This document shows, piece after piece, positions 38,939 through 53,070 of a stretch of DNA of 64,000 nucleotides (within the stretch, counting starts at the first letter, position 1; the number at the start of each line of letters is the position of its first letter). The notes beneath the pieces were generated by a model. The model was not told the origin of the DNA and ran no database searches. It worked only from the letters and a program-made list of their open reading frames with translations. Source of the DNA: Octopus sinensis. Its lineage: Eukaryota. Location of the stretch: assembly GCF_006345805.1 (NCBI RefSeq), contig NC_043003.1:103602001-103666000 (forward strand), in the 5' to 3' direction. The translations under genes and the position numbers were made by a program.

Positions 38939-40468
38939 AAATTAGCATAGAATAATAGTTTCATATTTCTTTATAATTAAGACCTAAACTGTTAATATAT
39001 GAATGCGAAAGAAATAGTTGAATAACTGTAAACCTACTTTTGGGCCACCAGTTCAAATACACTTGAGAAATATTCGAAGAAGGGCGTTGGTAACAAGTTT
39101 ATATTTATACAAGCACTATGACCCGGCGTTGCCAGGACATAGTGCTAGTGCATGCATACACAGCTGCGTGCGTGCGCACATACACGCGAGTACTGTCCAA
39201 ATCTCCGACCAATCACATACAGCTAGCTGGCATTCAATTGGCGTATCAAGTTTCAGGCATTTTGATTGGGTTTTGGATAGAAAATTCACAAAAAATGTCA
39301 CTTCTATTGATTTTTTAATGGCTTTGCGGGGTGACTGGGGAAATGTAAAGATGTGCATGACCACCCTTGGACGGTTTTGAATGACCATAGAAAGTGCGAG
39401 CCCTCTAACTGAAAAATTGTGGATTTGTATAAAGGACTCACACACAGACATTTTGCCGTTTATATATAGAGAGATAAATACAGCGAGAACATTTTTGTAA
39501 ACAAACTTAGAAGCGTTGCGAGTGTTGATATTCTACAGAAAATAAATTCTCGAATGCAGGATGGCTGTGAAGACAACTTGGGAAACCGAGTTAATACCCA
39601 TATAATGGAAGTGACGGTTTGGGATACCCGTGGAGTATCTCTATCTCTCATTACAATTATTTCTGAGTACTCGAAGAAGAAGCTTACAAGCGAAGTGCAA
39701 TTCAATCGTTGTTTATTTTTGTTCTCGTTCATGTGCCTCGCTCCCAGTGACCATCTTTATGACAGCGGGTGGTTCATTATAGGTCCGTTCACGTGAGGTA
39801 CATTACCTCTGGAGATAACAGGTGAAGTCAAAGCGGGAGAAGAGTCCGCTGTGAGCTGCCAGCTTGCAGTGGGGATCTTTTGCTTTGACTGGTAGATTTT
39901 TTAAATAATTTCTTTGTAACTAAACACTTTTAAACTTCGTATACTGGTAGAATGTGTTTATAAAACATCTTTTTCTCTTGGCTTTCTTGAGAAAATTCTG
40001 TAGTTTGTAAGCTGTTTCTTGTTTATTTTCTTGCATTTCGGTAATTTCAACCAATCAATGACGTCTATTGAGGTGAATTCAATATCTCCGGAGCGTTGTC
40101 AACAACAATAATTTCCGGTGTCATACGAAATTTCTTTGCCGCATTTATCACTATAAAGGGAAGGTTCTTATCAACTAACTCTGAAATCGAGTCCGATATC
40201 GTAATAATGGGATTTTTTAGAAATTTCTGTCGGCTTTCTTCGAAACGCATGCTTGTAATGATAAATTACATGGTTATTGACGCTATGTCTGTTTTCTGCA
40301 TATTTTGGCATTAGAAATTTTTTCTTTTGCCCTTACTTATAAATTGTATATATATGTATATATATATATACACACACACACACATACACATACATGCATA
40401 TGTACACATATATATGTATAAACGCACACACATATATACACATATACATATACGCATATATACATACG

Positions 40469-40510
<42 letters not shown>

Positions 40511-41589
40511 GGCCCATGTACACACATCATATTGAAAAATAAGCCTATAATCTCCTCTCATCCTGAATTTATAATGTATTTACTCCGTATAGAAAAAATT
40601 ATTGTTCGGATTTCCTGGATTTTCAGTTGCACGGATATATTACCTTATGATTACTACGTAAGCTGATAGCGGATTCCGAATGGGGGGCTTACTGAGAAAG
40701 CCGCATGATTCTCTGATTCCATATTCTCGATACACTTTTTCTTATATAAGTCAAAATATATATAGTCATACAGTATCCACTACATATGAGGAAAATTCTG
40801 TCTGTGGGTGTGTTTGTGGAGTTGCTAGCTAACTCCTCCTTCATCGTTTTATCGATTTTGATGAAACTTGACACGAGTAGAACTCATGTCTGGAAACCCT
40901 ACGACATACTCAGATTGTTGAAAAAATCGATAATAGGGCCCCTGGAAGGGAACCTTATATATATATAATATATTTTATTTTAAAAACCAAGGGAAATAAA
41001 ACATTCACCCCTGGAAGTGATCCTTATATATAGCCAAGAGAAATAACTCATTCATTTTCCTAAATTATTTGGTAAAAATGAAATTGAGTATGCTTATTTC
41101 TTAGTATTTGAACTGTTAGAATTATTTTCGCAGTTTGTCCAGTATAGCACTTAAACAATAGATCCTCTTATTTTGATTAGTCATTTATTCACGAATATAC
41201 TAACCCTAGCGCCCCTAAGGGTAATATTCTCTGGGAATACACAAAAGCCCTTTTCAGAGTTATTTACTTTGAATTGTTATTATCTCATTTCTAATTAACC
41301 TGTTAATCCGGAACGTGCTTTACGATTTTAGTATACACACCTTATTAGTTCTATATACTCTGGGAACGCATTAAAGTCCTTTTCGGGGCTACTTTATTTG
41401 AATTCTTACTATAGGGTAATTAATTTCATGTTATTACATATCTAATTTCACAATTTGGGTATTCCTAACTTATTGGGAATTCCTAAAAACAAAATCTTGT
41501 ATAAGACAGTTCGGCATTCTCTGTAAATGCACAAAATCCGTTTTAAGGGCTACATACTTTGTATTGTTGTTACTGGATTAGTGAAACAA

Positions 41590-41995
41590 TTATGAGAAGG
41601 GAATCACATACTTCCGGGTTTTGTCCCACTGCATGGTACTTTGGGAAAGTGTCTTCTAGTATAGTCTAGGGTTGACCAAAGCGCTAGTAGATTTGGTAGA
41701 CGGAAATTCAAAGAAGCCTGTCGTATATATATATGAGTGCGTGCGTGTGTCTGTGTGCGTGTGCATGTGCCTTTGTGTGCATGAGCGTGTGTCTTTGCTT
41801 GTTAACCGCCACCGCTCGATAACTGGTGTAGGTGCATTTACGTCTCCGTAAATTAGCAGTTTGGCAAAAGAGACCGATAGAATAAGTACCAGACTTCCAA
41901 AAAAAAAAAAGTAGTGGGGTCGATTCATCTGACTAAAAAAATTCTCCAAGGCGATGATCCAGTATGGCCACACTCTGTTGACTGAAATAAGAAAA
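41590..41995 (+). mobile_element. Degenerate SINE family A
   Basis: gtcccactgcatggtactttgggaaagtgtcttct ... gaccgatagaataagtacc. Confidence 0.75.
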
Positions 41996-43492
41996 AGATA
42001 TATGATATACATATAGTCACCTAATGCATTAGAACAGAACTCACTGGGTCAACTCAGCCGGAGTTGATCAGATTCCAATCTGTATCCCACCATCTGTTGA
42101 TGGCCCAGTGGTTAGGGCAACGAACTCGCGGTCGGAGGATCGCGGTTTTGACTCCCAGACCGGGCGTTGTGTGTGTTTATTGAGCACAAACACCTAAAGC
42201 TCCACCAGGCTCCGGCAGGGGGTGGTGGCGACCCCTGTTGTACTCTTTCGCCTCAACTTTCTCTCACTCTTTCTTCCTGTTTCTTGTCCCTGACTTCCTA
42301 CGCAACCGCTGAGCCTGGATGCGCATTCATCCATCCGTCGATGCTCTCGGCATCGGGGATTGACCTGCTTTCTCTTCTGTGGGTCTTACGAATAGCAAAG
42401 GACCACGTTTCGGACTTATCCCACTCTGAGACGAAGACCGCTTCGCTCAACAGCAACAGCAACCATCAACAGCCAATGGATCAACCTTCTTAATCCAGAA
42501 CTACCAGTTGGCTTCATCTGCGGCCTTACTTACAGACTAAATGGGTGTATTCATTTCCACCACCCCTATTAAGCCTTGAGAGTAGTTTTTAGTCATATAT
42601 TCTTCGTTGGCTGTTTATAATGAGAGGTAGGTTGTATGTGTAGATAATGATCACACTAAAGTTTCAAATATTTTATTAACCCGCATCGTTGTATTTACAA
42701 ATGTACATCCAATAAATGAATGGAACAACATTCAACAATCAACGGTGCAGAATATTCTGTAATGCAACTCATTGGATAATATTATGAAAGTAGTGCAAAG
42801 AATTTAAATTACTGCATATAATTGATATGTGTTATATACACTACAACCTAAGGCTGGTGCCTTTTGTCAAGCATGTATATAGATATAGGTATATATCAAG
42901 CATGTTGCATGAGAAAATTAAAGGAACGTAAGGGAGATACCAAGTCGTTGCAACAAGTGACATAAATTCCATGAGATGGTTTAACGGCTATCTCACCTGA
43001 AGTTGAATTTGACAGCTTTTATAGCTGTTAGCCTCTCTAGGATCTCTGACAAAACTGTTTGGCGGGAAAACTCTATGTGTTACTTTGAAGTTTTGCATCT
43101 GTCGGCTGGGGCTGATTGATTAAATCATATTCACGAGGGTATTAATGCCTTTTATGGTGACACGTTTCCTTTTATGGGGATGCATTACTTTGTTCTTCTA
43201 CCCTGGGAAAATCTTTGAGCTATGGTTCAAATTTCTATCAGATTCTCACTTTGTTGGTTGAGGACTTTGTAGAGTTAACGTCTTGCAAATCCTCTACAGT
43301 CTACCTGGTTTAGTGTTTTTCATTCTTTATCCTGGCTCTTCACCAGTTCCTGGTACTTCACATATTCACCTCTCCTTGGTTTCGTCATTATGGTCTTCCT
43401 AGGGTCAAGGCTCTCCACATTTATTTTTGCCATGGATGAGCACAGAAATTTGCTTCTATGCAAATTTTGTCTTTCTTAGCAAAATGTGAGTG

Positions 43493-46400
43493 CATCTATG
43501 CGAGTAACCATCTATGCGAGTAACCATCTATGCGAGTAACCATCTATGCGAATAACCATCTATGCGAATAACCATATATGCGAATAACCATCTATGCAAG
43601 TAACCATCTATGCAAGTAACCATCTATGCAAGTAACCATCTATGCAAGTAACCATCTATGCGAATAACCATCTATGCTAGTAACCATCTATGCAAGTAAC
43701 CATCTATGCTAGTAACCATCTATGCAAGTAACCATCTATGCTAGTAACCATCTATGCAAGTAACCATCTATGCTAGTAACCATCTATGCAAGTAACCATC
43801 TATGCTAGTAACCATCTATGCAAGTAACCATCTATGCGAATAACCATCTATGCTAGTAACCATCTATGCAAGTAACCATCTATGCTAGTAACCATCTATG
43901 CAAGTAGCCATCTATGCGAATAACCATCTATGCTAGTAACCATCTATGCGAATAACCATCTATGCAAGTAACCACCTATGCTAGTAACCATCTATGCAGG
44001 TAACCATCTATGCGAATAACCATCTATGCTAGTAACCATCTATGCAAGTAACCATCTATGCTAGTAACCATCTATGCAAGTAACCATCTATGCAAGTAAC
44101 CATCTATGCGAATAACCATCTATGCGAATAACCATCTATGCTAGTAACCATCTATGCGAATAACCATCTATGCTAGTAACCATCTATGCTAGTAACCATC
44201 TATGCAGGTAACCATCTATGCGAATGACCATCTATGCTAGTAACCATCTATGCAAGTAATCATCTATGCTAGTAACCATCTATGCAAGTAACCATCTATG
44301 CTAGTAACCATCTATGCGAATAACCATCTATGCTAGTAACCATCTATGCGAATAACCATCTATGCTAGTAACCATCTATGCGAATAACCATCTATGCGAA
44401 TAACCATCTATGCGAATAACCATCTATGCGAATAACCATCTATGCGAATAACCATCTATGCAAGTAACCATCTATGCGAATAACCGTCTATGCAAGTAAC
44501 CATCTATGCTAGTAACCATCTATGCAAGTAACCATCTATGCAAGTAACCATCTATGCAAGTAACCATCTATGCGAATAACCATATATGCTAGTAACCATC
44601 TATGCTAGTAACCATCTATGCAGGTAACCATCTATGCGAATAACCATCTATGCGAATAACCATATATGCTAGTAACCATCTATGCAAGTAACCATCTATG
44701 CGAGTAACCATCTATGCGAGTAACCATCTATGCGAATAACCATCTATGCTAGTAACCATCTATGCAAGTAACCATCTATGCTAGTAACCATCTATGCTAG
44801 TAACCATCTATGCAAGTAACCATCTATACAAGTAACCATCTATGCTAGTAACCATCTATGCGAATAACCATCTATGCTAGTAACCATCTATGCGAATAAC
44901 CATCTATGCAAGTAACCATCTATGCAAGTAACCATCTATGCTAGTAACCATCTATGCAAGTAACCATCTATGCAAGTAACCATCTATGCTAGTAACCATC
45001 TATGCAAGTAACCATCTATGTGAATAACCATCTATGCGAATAACCATCTATGCGAATAACCATATATGCTAGTAACCATCTATGCAAGTAACCATCTATG
45101 CGAATAACCATCTATGCGAATAACCATATATGCTAGTAACCATCTATGCTAGTAACCATCTATGCAGGTAACCATCTATGCGAATAACCATCTATGCGAA
45201 TAACCATATATGCTAGTAACCATCTATGCAAGTAACCATCTATGCGAGTAACCATCTATGCGAGTAACCATCTATGCAAGTAACCATCTATGCGAATAAC
45301 CATCTATGCGAGTAACCATCTATGCAAGTAACCATCTATGCAAATAACCATCTATGCAAGTAACCATCTATGCAAGTAACCATCTATGCAAGTAACCATC
45401 TATGCAAGTAACCATCTATGCGAATAACCATCAATGCGAGTAACCATCTATGCGAATAACCATCTATGCGAATAACCATCTATGCGAATAACCATCTATG
45501 CGAATAACCATCTATGCGAATAACCATCTATGCAAGTAACCATCTATGCGAATAACCGTCTATGCAAGTAACCATCTATGCTAGTAACCATCTATGCAAG
45601 TAACCATCTATGCAAGTAACCATCTATGCAAGTAACCATCTATGCGAATAACCATCTATGCGAATAACCATATATGCTAGTAACCATCTATGCTAGTAAC
45701 CATCTATGCAGGTAACCATCTATGCGAATAACCATCTATGCGAATAACCATATATGCTAGTAACCATCTATGCAAGTAACCATCTATGCGAGTAACCATC
45801 TATGCGAGTAACCATCTATGCGAATAACCATCTATGCTAATAAACATCTATGCTAGTAACCATCTATGCAAGTAATCATCTATGCTAGTAACCATCTATG
45901 CAAGTAACCATCTATGCTAGTAACCAATCGTAACCATCTATGCGAATAACCATCTATGCTAGTAACCATCTATGCGAATAACCATCTATGCTAGTAACCA
46001 TCTATGCGAATAACCATCTATGCGAATAACCATCTATGCGAATAACCATCTATGCGAATAACCATCTATGCAAGTAACCATCTATGCGATTAACCGTCTA
46101 TGCAAGTAACCATCTATGCTAGTAACCATCTATGCAAGTAACCATCTATGCAAGTAACCATCTATGCAAGTAACCATCTATGCGAATAACCATATATGCT
46201 AGTAACCATCTATGCTAGTAACCATCTATGCAGGTAACCATCTATGCGAGTAACCATCTATGCGAATAACCATCTATGCTAGTAACCATCTATGCTAGTA
46301 ACCATCTATGCAAGTAACCATCTATACAAGTAACCATCTATGCTAGTAACCATCTATGCGAATAACCATCTATGCTAGTAACCATCTATGCGAATAACCA

Positions 46401-48500
46401 TCTATGCAAGTAACCATCTATGCAAGTAACCATCTATGCTAGTAACCATCTATGCAAGTAACCATCTATGCAAGTAACCATCTATGCTAGTAACCATCTA
46501 TGCAAGTAACCATCTATGTGAATAACCATCTATGCGAATAACCATCTATGCGAATAACCATATATGCTAGTAACCATCTATGCAAGTAACCATCTATGCG
46601 AATAACCATCTATGCGAATAACCATATATGCTAGTAACCATCTATGCTAGTAACCATCTATGCAGGTAACCATCTATGCGAATAACCATCTATGCGAATA
46701 ACCATATATGCTAGTAACCATCTATGCAAGTACCATCTATGCGAGTAACCATCTATGCGAGTAACCATCTATGCAAGTAACCATCTATGCAATTAACCAT
46801 CTATGGCGAGTAACCATCTATGCAAGTAACCATCTATGCAAATACCATCCTATGCAAGTAACCATCTATGCTAGTAACCATCTATGCAGTAACATCGATG
46901 CGAATAACCATCTGTGCTAGTAACCATCTATGCGAAACCCATCTATGCAAGTAACCACCTATCTAGTAACCATCTATGCAGGTAACCATCTATGCGAATA
47001 ACCATCTATGCTATAACATCTATGCAAGTAACCATCTATGCTAGTAACCATCTATGCAAGTAACCATCTATACAAGTAACCATCTATGCTAGTAACCATC
47101 TATGCGAATAACCATCTATGCTAGTAACCATCTATGCGAATAACCATCTATGCAAGTAACCATCTATGCAAGTAACCATCTATGCTAGTAACCATCTATG
47201 CAAGTAACCATCTATGCAAGTAACCATCTATGCTAGTAACCATCTATGCAAGTAACCATCTATGCGAATAACCATCTATGCGAATAACCATCTATGCGAA
47301 TAACCATATATGCTAGTAACCATCTATGCGAATAACCATCTATGCAAGTAACCATCTATGCTAGTAACCATCTATGCAAGTAACCATCTATGCAAGTAAC
47401 CATCTATGCTAGTAACCATCTATGCGAATAACCATCTATGCTAGTAACCATCTATGCGAATAACCATCTATGCAAGTAACCATCTATGCAAGTAACCATC
47501 TATGCTAGTAACCATCTATGCAAGTAACCATCTATGCAAGTAACCATCTATGCAAGTAACCATCTATGCGTAACCATCTATGCGAAAACCATCTATGCTA
47601 GTACCATCTATGCTAGTAACCATCTATGCAGTAACCATCTATGCGAATAACCATCTATGCGATAACCATATATGCAAGTAACCATCTATGCAAGTAACCA
47701 TCTATGCGAGTAACCATCTATGCGAATAACCATCTATGCAAGTAACCATCTATGCGAGTAACCATCTATGCGAGTAACCATCTATGCAGTAACCATCTAT
47801 GCAAATAACCATCTATGCAAGTAACCATCTATGCTAGTAACCATCTATGCAAGTAACCATCTATGCGAGTAACCATCTATGCGAATAACCATCTATGCAA
47901 GTAACCATCTATGCGGAATAACCATCTATGCGAGTAACCATCTATGCAAGTAACCATCTATGCAAATAACATCTATGCAGTAACCATCTATGCAAGTAAC
48001 CATCTATGCAAGTAACCATCTATGCAAGTAACCATCTATGCGAATAACCATCAATGCGAGTAACCATCTATGCGAATAACCATCTATGCGAGTAACCATC
48101 TATGCATGTAACCATGTATGCGAATAACCATCTATGCAAGTAACCATCTATGCAAGTAACCATCTATGCAAGTAACCATCTATGCAAGTAACCATCTATG
48201 CGAATAACCATCAATGCGAGTAACCATCTATGCGAATAACCATCTATGCGAGTAACCATCTATGCATGTAACCATGTATGCGAATAACCATGTATGCAAG
48301 TAACCATCTATGCAAGTAACCATCTATGCAAGTAACCATCTATGCGAGTAACCATCTATGCAAATAACCATCTATGCAAGTAACCATCTATGCGAGTAAC
48401 CATCTATGCAAGTAACCATCTATGCAAGTAACCATCTATGCGAGTAACCATCTATGCAAGTAACCATCTATGCGAGTAACCATCTATGCAAGTAACCATC
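43493..48500. repeat. Minisatellite array of a 16-bp unit CATCTATGC(AAG/GAA/TAG/GAG/AGG)TAAC, about 310 copies
   Basis: Read directly from the sequence. Variation is almost confined to one 3-nt slot, and there are no unique spacers. Confidence 0.97.
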
Positions 48501-48744
48501 ACTCAAATTTGGATTTTATCTTGAAAACTTAGTATTCTCTATGTGCACACTTTTTCCTTCTTGCGAGCTTATTGTAAACCGTGTTTGCGTGCACAAGCGC
48601 ACAGCTAAGAAAGGAAAACTAGCGAGGGCGCGTAATTTCCAGCATAATCATTTGTTTTGCTGTGTAGTGTAGCCAGGTGATATCCTCACTGTTTGAGAGA
48701 TATATTAGAAATGATCTATATATATATACACTCACATGTATACA

Positions 48745-48980
48745 GACGTGTGCGTGTGTGTGGTTGTGTATCTGTGCTTGTTTTCAGCTTCCCGCTTGAC
48801 AACCGGTGCTGCTTTGTTTACGTCCTATAGACATAGTGGTTCAGCATCATACACCAATAGAACGAGTACCAGACTTTAAAAAAACAATAATAAATACTGG
48901 GGGCAATTTGTTCGACTAGATTCTTTAAGGATTCCCAGCATGGTCGCAATCCAATGACTGACACAAGTAAATGAAAAAAG
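48745..48980 (+). mobile_element. SINE family A, 3' half
   Basis: cgcttgacaaccggtg ... aatgactgacacaagtaa. Confidence 0.65.
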
Positions 48981-49084
48981 ATATTACATATAAGAAAATA
49001 AGAGAAAGCATGGTGAACGAAAGAAAATAGAGAGATAGGAAATAAGAAAAACAGGAGAGAAAACTACAATAGATTTTGTATTGT

Positions 49085-49830
49085 TATCCATGGATAACTT
49101 CCAAAGGTCCCGAGGGGCACTGCCTGTTCGAGATAAACTCTGCCGGCACGGAAGTGCGGTCAGCCGCGCCTGCCCGAGCTGTGCTCAGAGCGACAAAACC
49201 GTTCTGCATGCATTCGTCCGGTGCCCGAGTATTGCTGACCGATGGGTTTATGTCGAACAGCTACTGTCACGCGTAGGATGGATCCGGCTATCAGCTGAAT
49301 CCATAGTGAAGATTGTCCCGCTGACCTCCTTTAACCGGGAGGGCAAGGCAATTTTCCTTCGTCTGGTGGCTATAGCAAAAGAGGTGGTATGGTGGACCCA
49401 TTTGAAAGGGCTAAAGTCAGACACTTTCCTTTTTGGCCAAAGCCTCATCCACTTGAAAAGGAAGGTGAGAGTAGAGAGAGAAGTGCTGTCTCGTAGCAAA
49501 TTTATTGAAAGGTGGGTGAATGTCGATAAAATGGCCAGTATAAACGGACCAATTCCGAGGTTACACTTGTAAAAAAAAATGTAATATAAAAGAAGGGGCT
49601 CTCTCCCCGTTTTGACCAGGTTCCCGTGGCTTTTATGGGTTTTCCACGAGTAACTTTTCAAAGCGCCTCCCCCTCTTGGGAGTTTTACTTGTTATATTTT
49701 TCGTTGTCATTTTAATATTTACACGGACCATTCTTTTTCGTAAAACTCTTTGTACTTTTCGTCCTGTGTCCTTACATGTTTTTGATTTATATTAGCCCTT
49801 GTGGCCAATAAAACCAGAATTATTATTATT
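49085..49830 (+). mobile_element. Tx1/L1-clade LINE 3' fragment (zf-RVT-like ORF2 C-terminus plus 3'UTR)
   Basis: GALPVRDKL..CPSCAQSDKTVLHAFVRCP..W..AKEVVW..FIERW. Confidence 0.75.
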
Positions 49831-50134
49831 ACTAGCACTATGACCCAGCAACGCCGGGTCATAGTGCTAGTGCATGCATATACAGCTGAATGCGTGCGCA
49901 CATCAAGTGTCAGGCATTTTGATAGGGTTTTGGATAGAAAGTTCACAAAAATGTCACTTCTATTGATTTTTTTAATGGCTTTGCGGGGTGACTGGGGAAA
50001 TGTAAAGATGTGCACGACCACCCTTGGACGGTTTTGAATGACCATAGAAAGTGTGAGCCCTCTAACTGAAAAATTGTGGATTTGTATAAAGGACACACAC
50101 ACAGACATTTTGTTTATATAGAGAGAGATTTTAG

Positions 50135-50299
50135 TGTCTTTGTCTAAGCTCTTTCGTCACACGTCCTGTGACGTCATCAGCGACTTTCTATCCCACGTGT
50201 CTGCTCTTGTTCTGTTTATAAACAAATCAAGAGGGGACACGTAGTATAGAGTCACTGATGTGGTCACAGGACGAGTGTGAAAGAACTTAGATAAAGACA
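50135..50299. repeat. Fold-back palindrome with ~80-bp arms centred on tgtttataaaca
   Basis: tgtctttgtctaag..cgtcctgtgac..catcag pairs with ctgatg..gtcacaggacg..cttagataaagaca. Confidence 0.7.
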
Positions 50300-51147
50300 A
50301 CACCAAAAATAATAATAAAACTGAAGTGAAGACCAAGTATATATAGTGCGGTGTTTATTTGGCAAAATAAATCATACCCATGTATAACAATATCTGTTTC
50401 AACACACGATTTCACACCAGGAATGTTGCAAAACAAATACATAAACGTGCCTACTATAGGTTTAATTGGAATAAAATGAGTTGAATTTCGTTGGCAGACG
50501 CCCATTGTGGGCATAGTTAATATTGAGCTTCACGGTTCACTAGAAAAAGGAGAAAAAAGAAAAGAATTAATGCATGAAAGTAAAATGAAAGTAAAAGGAA
50601 GACTATATTAATAGTAACTTATACAAAGAGACGGTAATGCAAAGAGTTAAAAAAAGAAAGGAAGAGGTTTTATGGAAAGATGAACTGGAGGTGCGTAGCT
50701 TAAGGGTTTGGGTAAAGGTAAGGTTACCTTCTCGAGTCATGCTGACACACAAGGGTCGGTTTCCCGGTTTCCATGGCGTATAAATTTCCCACCTGGACGG
50801 GAGGCCGGTCCGTCGCAGGATTACGACGATTTTGCGAGTTGAGTGAACTGAAGCAATGTGGGATAAAGTGTTTTGCTCAGGAACAGAACGCGTCCCCTGG
50901 TCCAAACCACCATCTTACGATCATGAGTCCAGCACCCTAACATCTAAGCCACGCGCCTCCACAACGTATGATTGTGATTTCAATTCCAGTTCTGGCAAAA
51001 ATGAGTATTCCTACAACGGTCCGGCATCCTGTCCAATATATGTGTGTGTGTGTGTGGGGGGGGGATATCTACACCACAGAAACCGGGAAACCAGCCTATG
51101 AGTTCTACCTTCGAAAAGGACGAGCTGTAGGGTTAAATAAAATATAT

Positions 51148-51490
51148 AGGCGTGAGCGTGGTCGCATAGTTAAAAGCTTGCTTCCCAACAATGTGGCCTT
51201 GGGTTCAATCCCACAGCGCAGCACTTTGGCCTGTATCTTCTGCTTTAGCCTCGGGCCGACCAAAGCCTTGTGTGTGTCCTTCTGTTGTATTTGTCCCCGC
51301 CACCGCTTGACAATTGGTGTGTCTATATCTCGGTAACTTAACGGTTCAGTAAAGAAAAAAAAAGAAGAAAAAACTGATAGAATAAGTACCATACAAAAAA
51401 AATAAGTACTTCACGTACTTATTTGACAAAATTCTTCGAGATAGTGTCCCAGCATGGCCGCAGTCAAAAGGACTGAACAAGTAAGAGATA
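51148..51490 (+). mobile_element. SINE family A, degenerate
   Basis: ggttcaatcccac, gcctcgggccgaccaaagcc and cagcatggccgcagtc. Confidence 0.75.
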
Positions 51491-52501
51491 AAATATCAAA
51501 GGAAAAGAGGATATTGGAACTATACAAACGAGAAGAGAATGAATTCGGATAGTTCGTGTGTAAGAGTAGAATAGAGAGAGTAGATAAAGTGATGGGGGGG
51601 GGGTAACTACATATGTAAGAAGAGAGTGAAATAGTGAGGCGGAGAGAGATAAAGAGTAAAGAGAGAGTAGAGAAATGGAGTGTAAATAGAGGAGAGAGGT
51701 AAAGATTAAATAGAGAGGGGGAAAGAATTTGGATATTTACACAAGATAGGGGGGAAAGTAAGAGAAAATGGAAAAGCAACAGATTATAGAGTAGTGGGAG
51801 TATAAGCCAGAAGGTGGGTGTTCACGCTACTATGTAGAAGTGGGAGTATAGCAAAAAGGGTGGTAGTCTGAGTAGATAAATAAAAGAGAAAATAATCTAC
51901 AGTGCGTCAGCATTGAGGGAGGGAAAGTGGGGGAGTAATGAAAGTGAGTAGAAGAGATAGAGAGAGTGAAGAAAGAGAGGAGAGAAAAGTGAGAGAGAGT
52001 AAGAGAGGAGAGACAACGAGAGAGAGAAGAGACAAACATAGAGAGGAGAAACAAAGATATACAGAGAGAGTGGTATATGTGTGTGTGTGTGTATATGTAT
52101 ATATGTATGTATGTATATATATATGGTAGTATGTACTCTGTAAGGTCGAGTTTAGCTTCTCACCTTATTTAGATCACTTAAAACGTACTGCGGATACAGA
52201 AGGGGTGTGTGTGTGTATACACACTTGAATATCACGACCATAACAATAACAACAATTGTTACTACTGCTGTGGCTACTTACTACTTTATAAAAAAGGTAT
52301 TTCGTAATGTTTTCCATTTTTTTCTTGATTTCTTTCCAGGAGACATTATGAAAACCAGTAACACATATACACACATTCGTAACTGTGTCAAGTATGTATT
52401 TATCTCACACACACACTTATATAAAACTCCATATTTTGAAAATATATATACCATGCATCGTATTTTTCTGCCTGTTACCCTTTCTAATACACATCATACA
52501 C

Positions 52502-52540
<39 letters not shown>

Positions 52541-52854
52541 AATGGGTGTATGTGTATGTGTGCGTGCGTGCATTTATGTAATCGTGTATGTGGGGTGTAT
52601 GACTGACTGTGCGCACGCGCGCGCGCGTGTGTGCGTCTCCGTGTCTGTGTGTGCGTGCGCGTGTGGGTGTGTGTGTAACGGTGTATGTGACTGCGTGTGT
52701 ATGTGATCGTATGTCTGTGTATATTATAAATATGTCAGACATAACCTTATCATTTGGATTATTACATTCCCACACATTGTATATACGTGTGAATGTGTGT
52801 GTGTGCGTATATATATATATATGAGTGTGTTTGCATTTATGTGTGGACATATAT

Positions 52855-53070
52855 ATTTCTTTACTACCCACAAGGGGACAAACAAGGACAGACAAACGAA
52901 TTAAGTCGATTATATCGACCCCAGTGCGTAACTAGTACTTAATTTATCGACCCCGAAAGGATGAAAGGCAAAGTCGACCTCGGTGGAATTTGAACTCAGA
53001 ACATAACGGCAGACGAAAAATATGGCTACGCATTTCGTCCGGCGTGCTAACGGTTCTGCCAGCTCGTCGC
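52855..53070 (-). mobile_element. SINE family B
   Basis: Near-identical to 1096-1329. Confidence 0.85.

Noticed and set aside
39480-39870. ORFs 39554-39796 (+) and 39460-39732 (-) in balanced-composition DNA
   Set aside because: No recognisable domain or splice-site pair.
42900-43490. Possible LINE ORF remnant flanking the minisatellite
   Set aside because: Looks like coding-derived sequence, but no motif could be identified.
43493-48500. CRISPR-like or coding interpretation of the 16-bp array
   Set aside because: There are no unique spacers. The unit contains TAA (+) and TAG (-), and its 16-nt length cycles these stops through all frames.
50140-50190. Minus-strand CTGATGA-c-gtcac..gtgac-GAAAG-ag-CTT
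   Set aside because: Stem I is weak, the triplet is non-optimal, and the pattern is explained by the surrounding palindrome.
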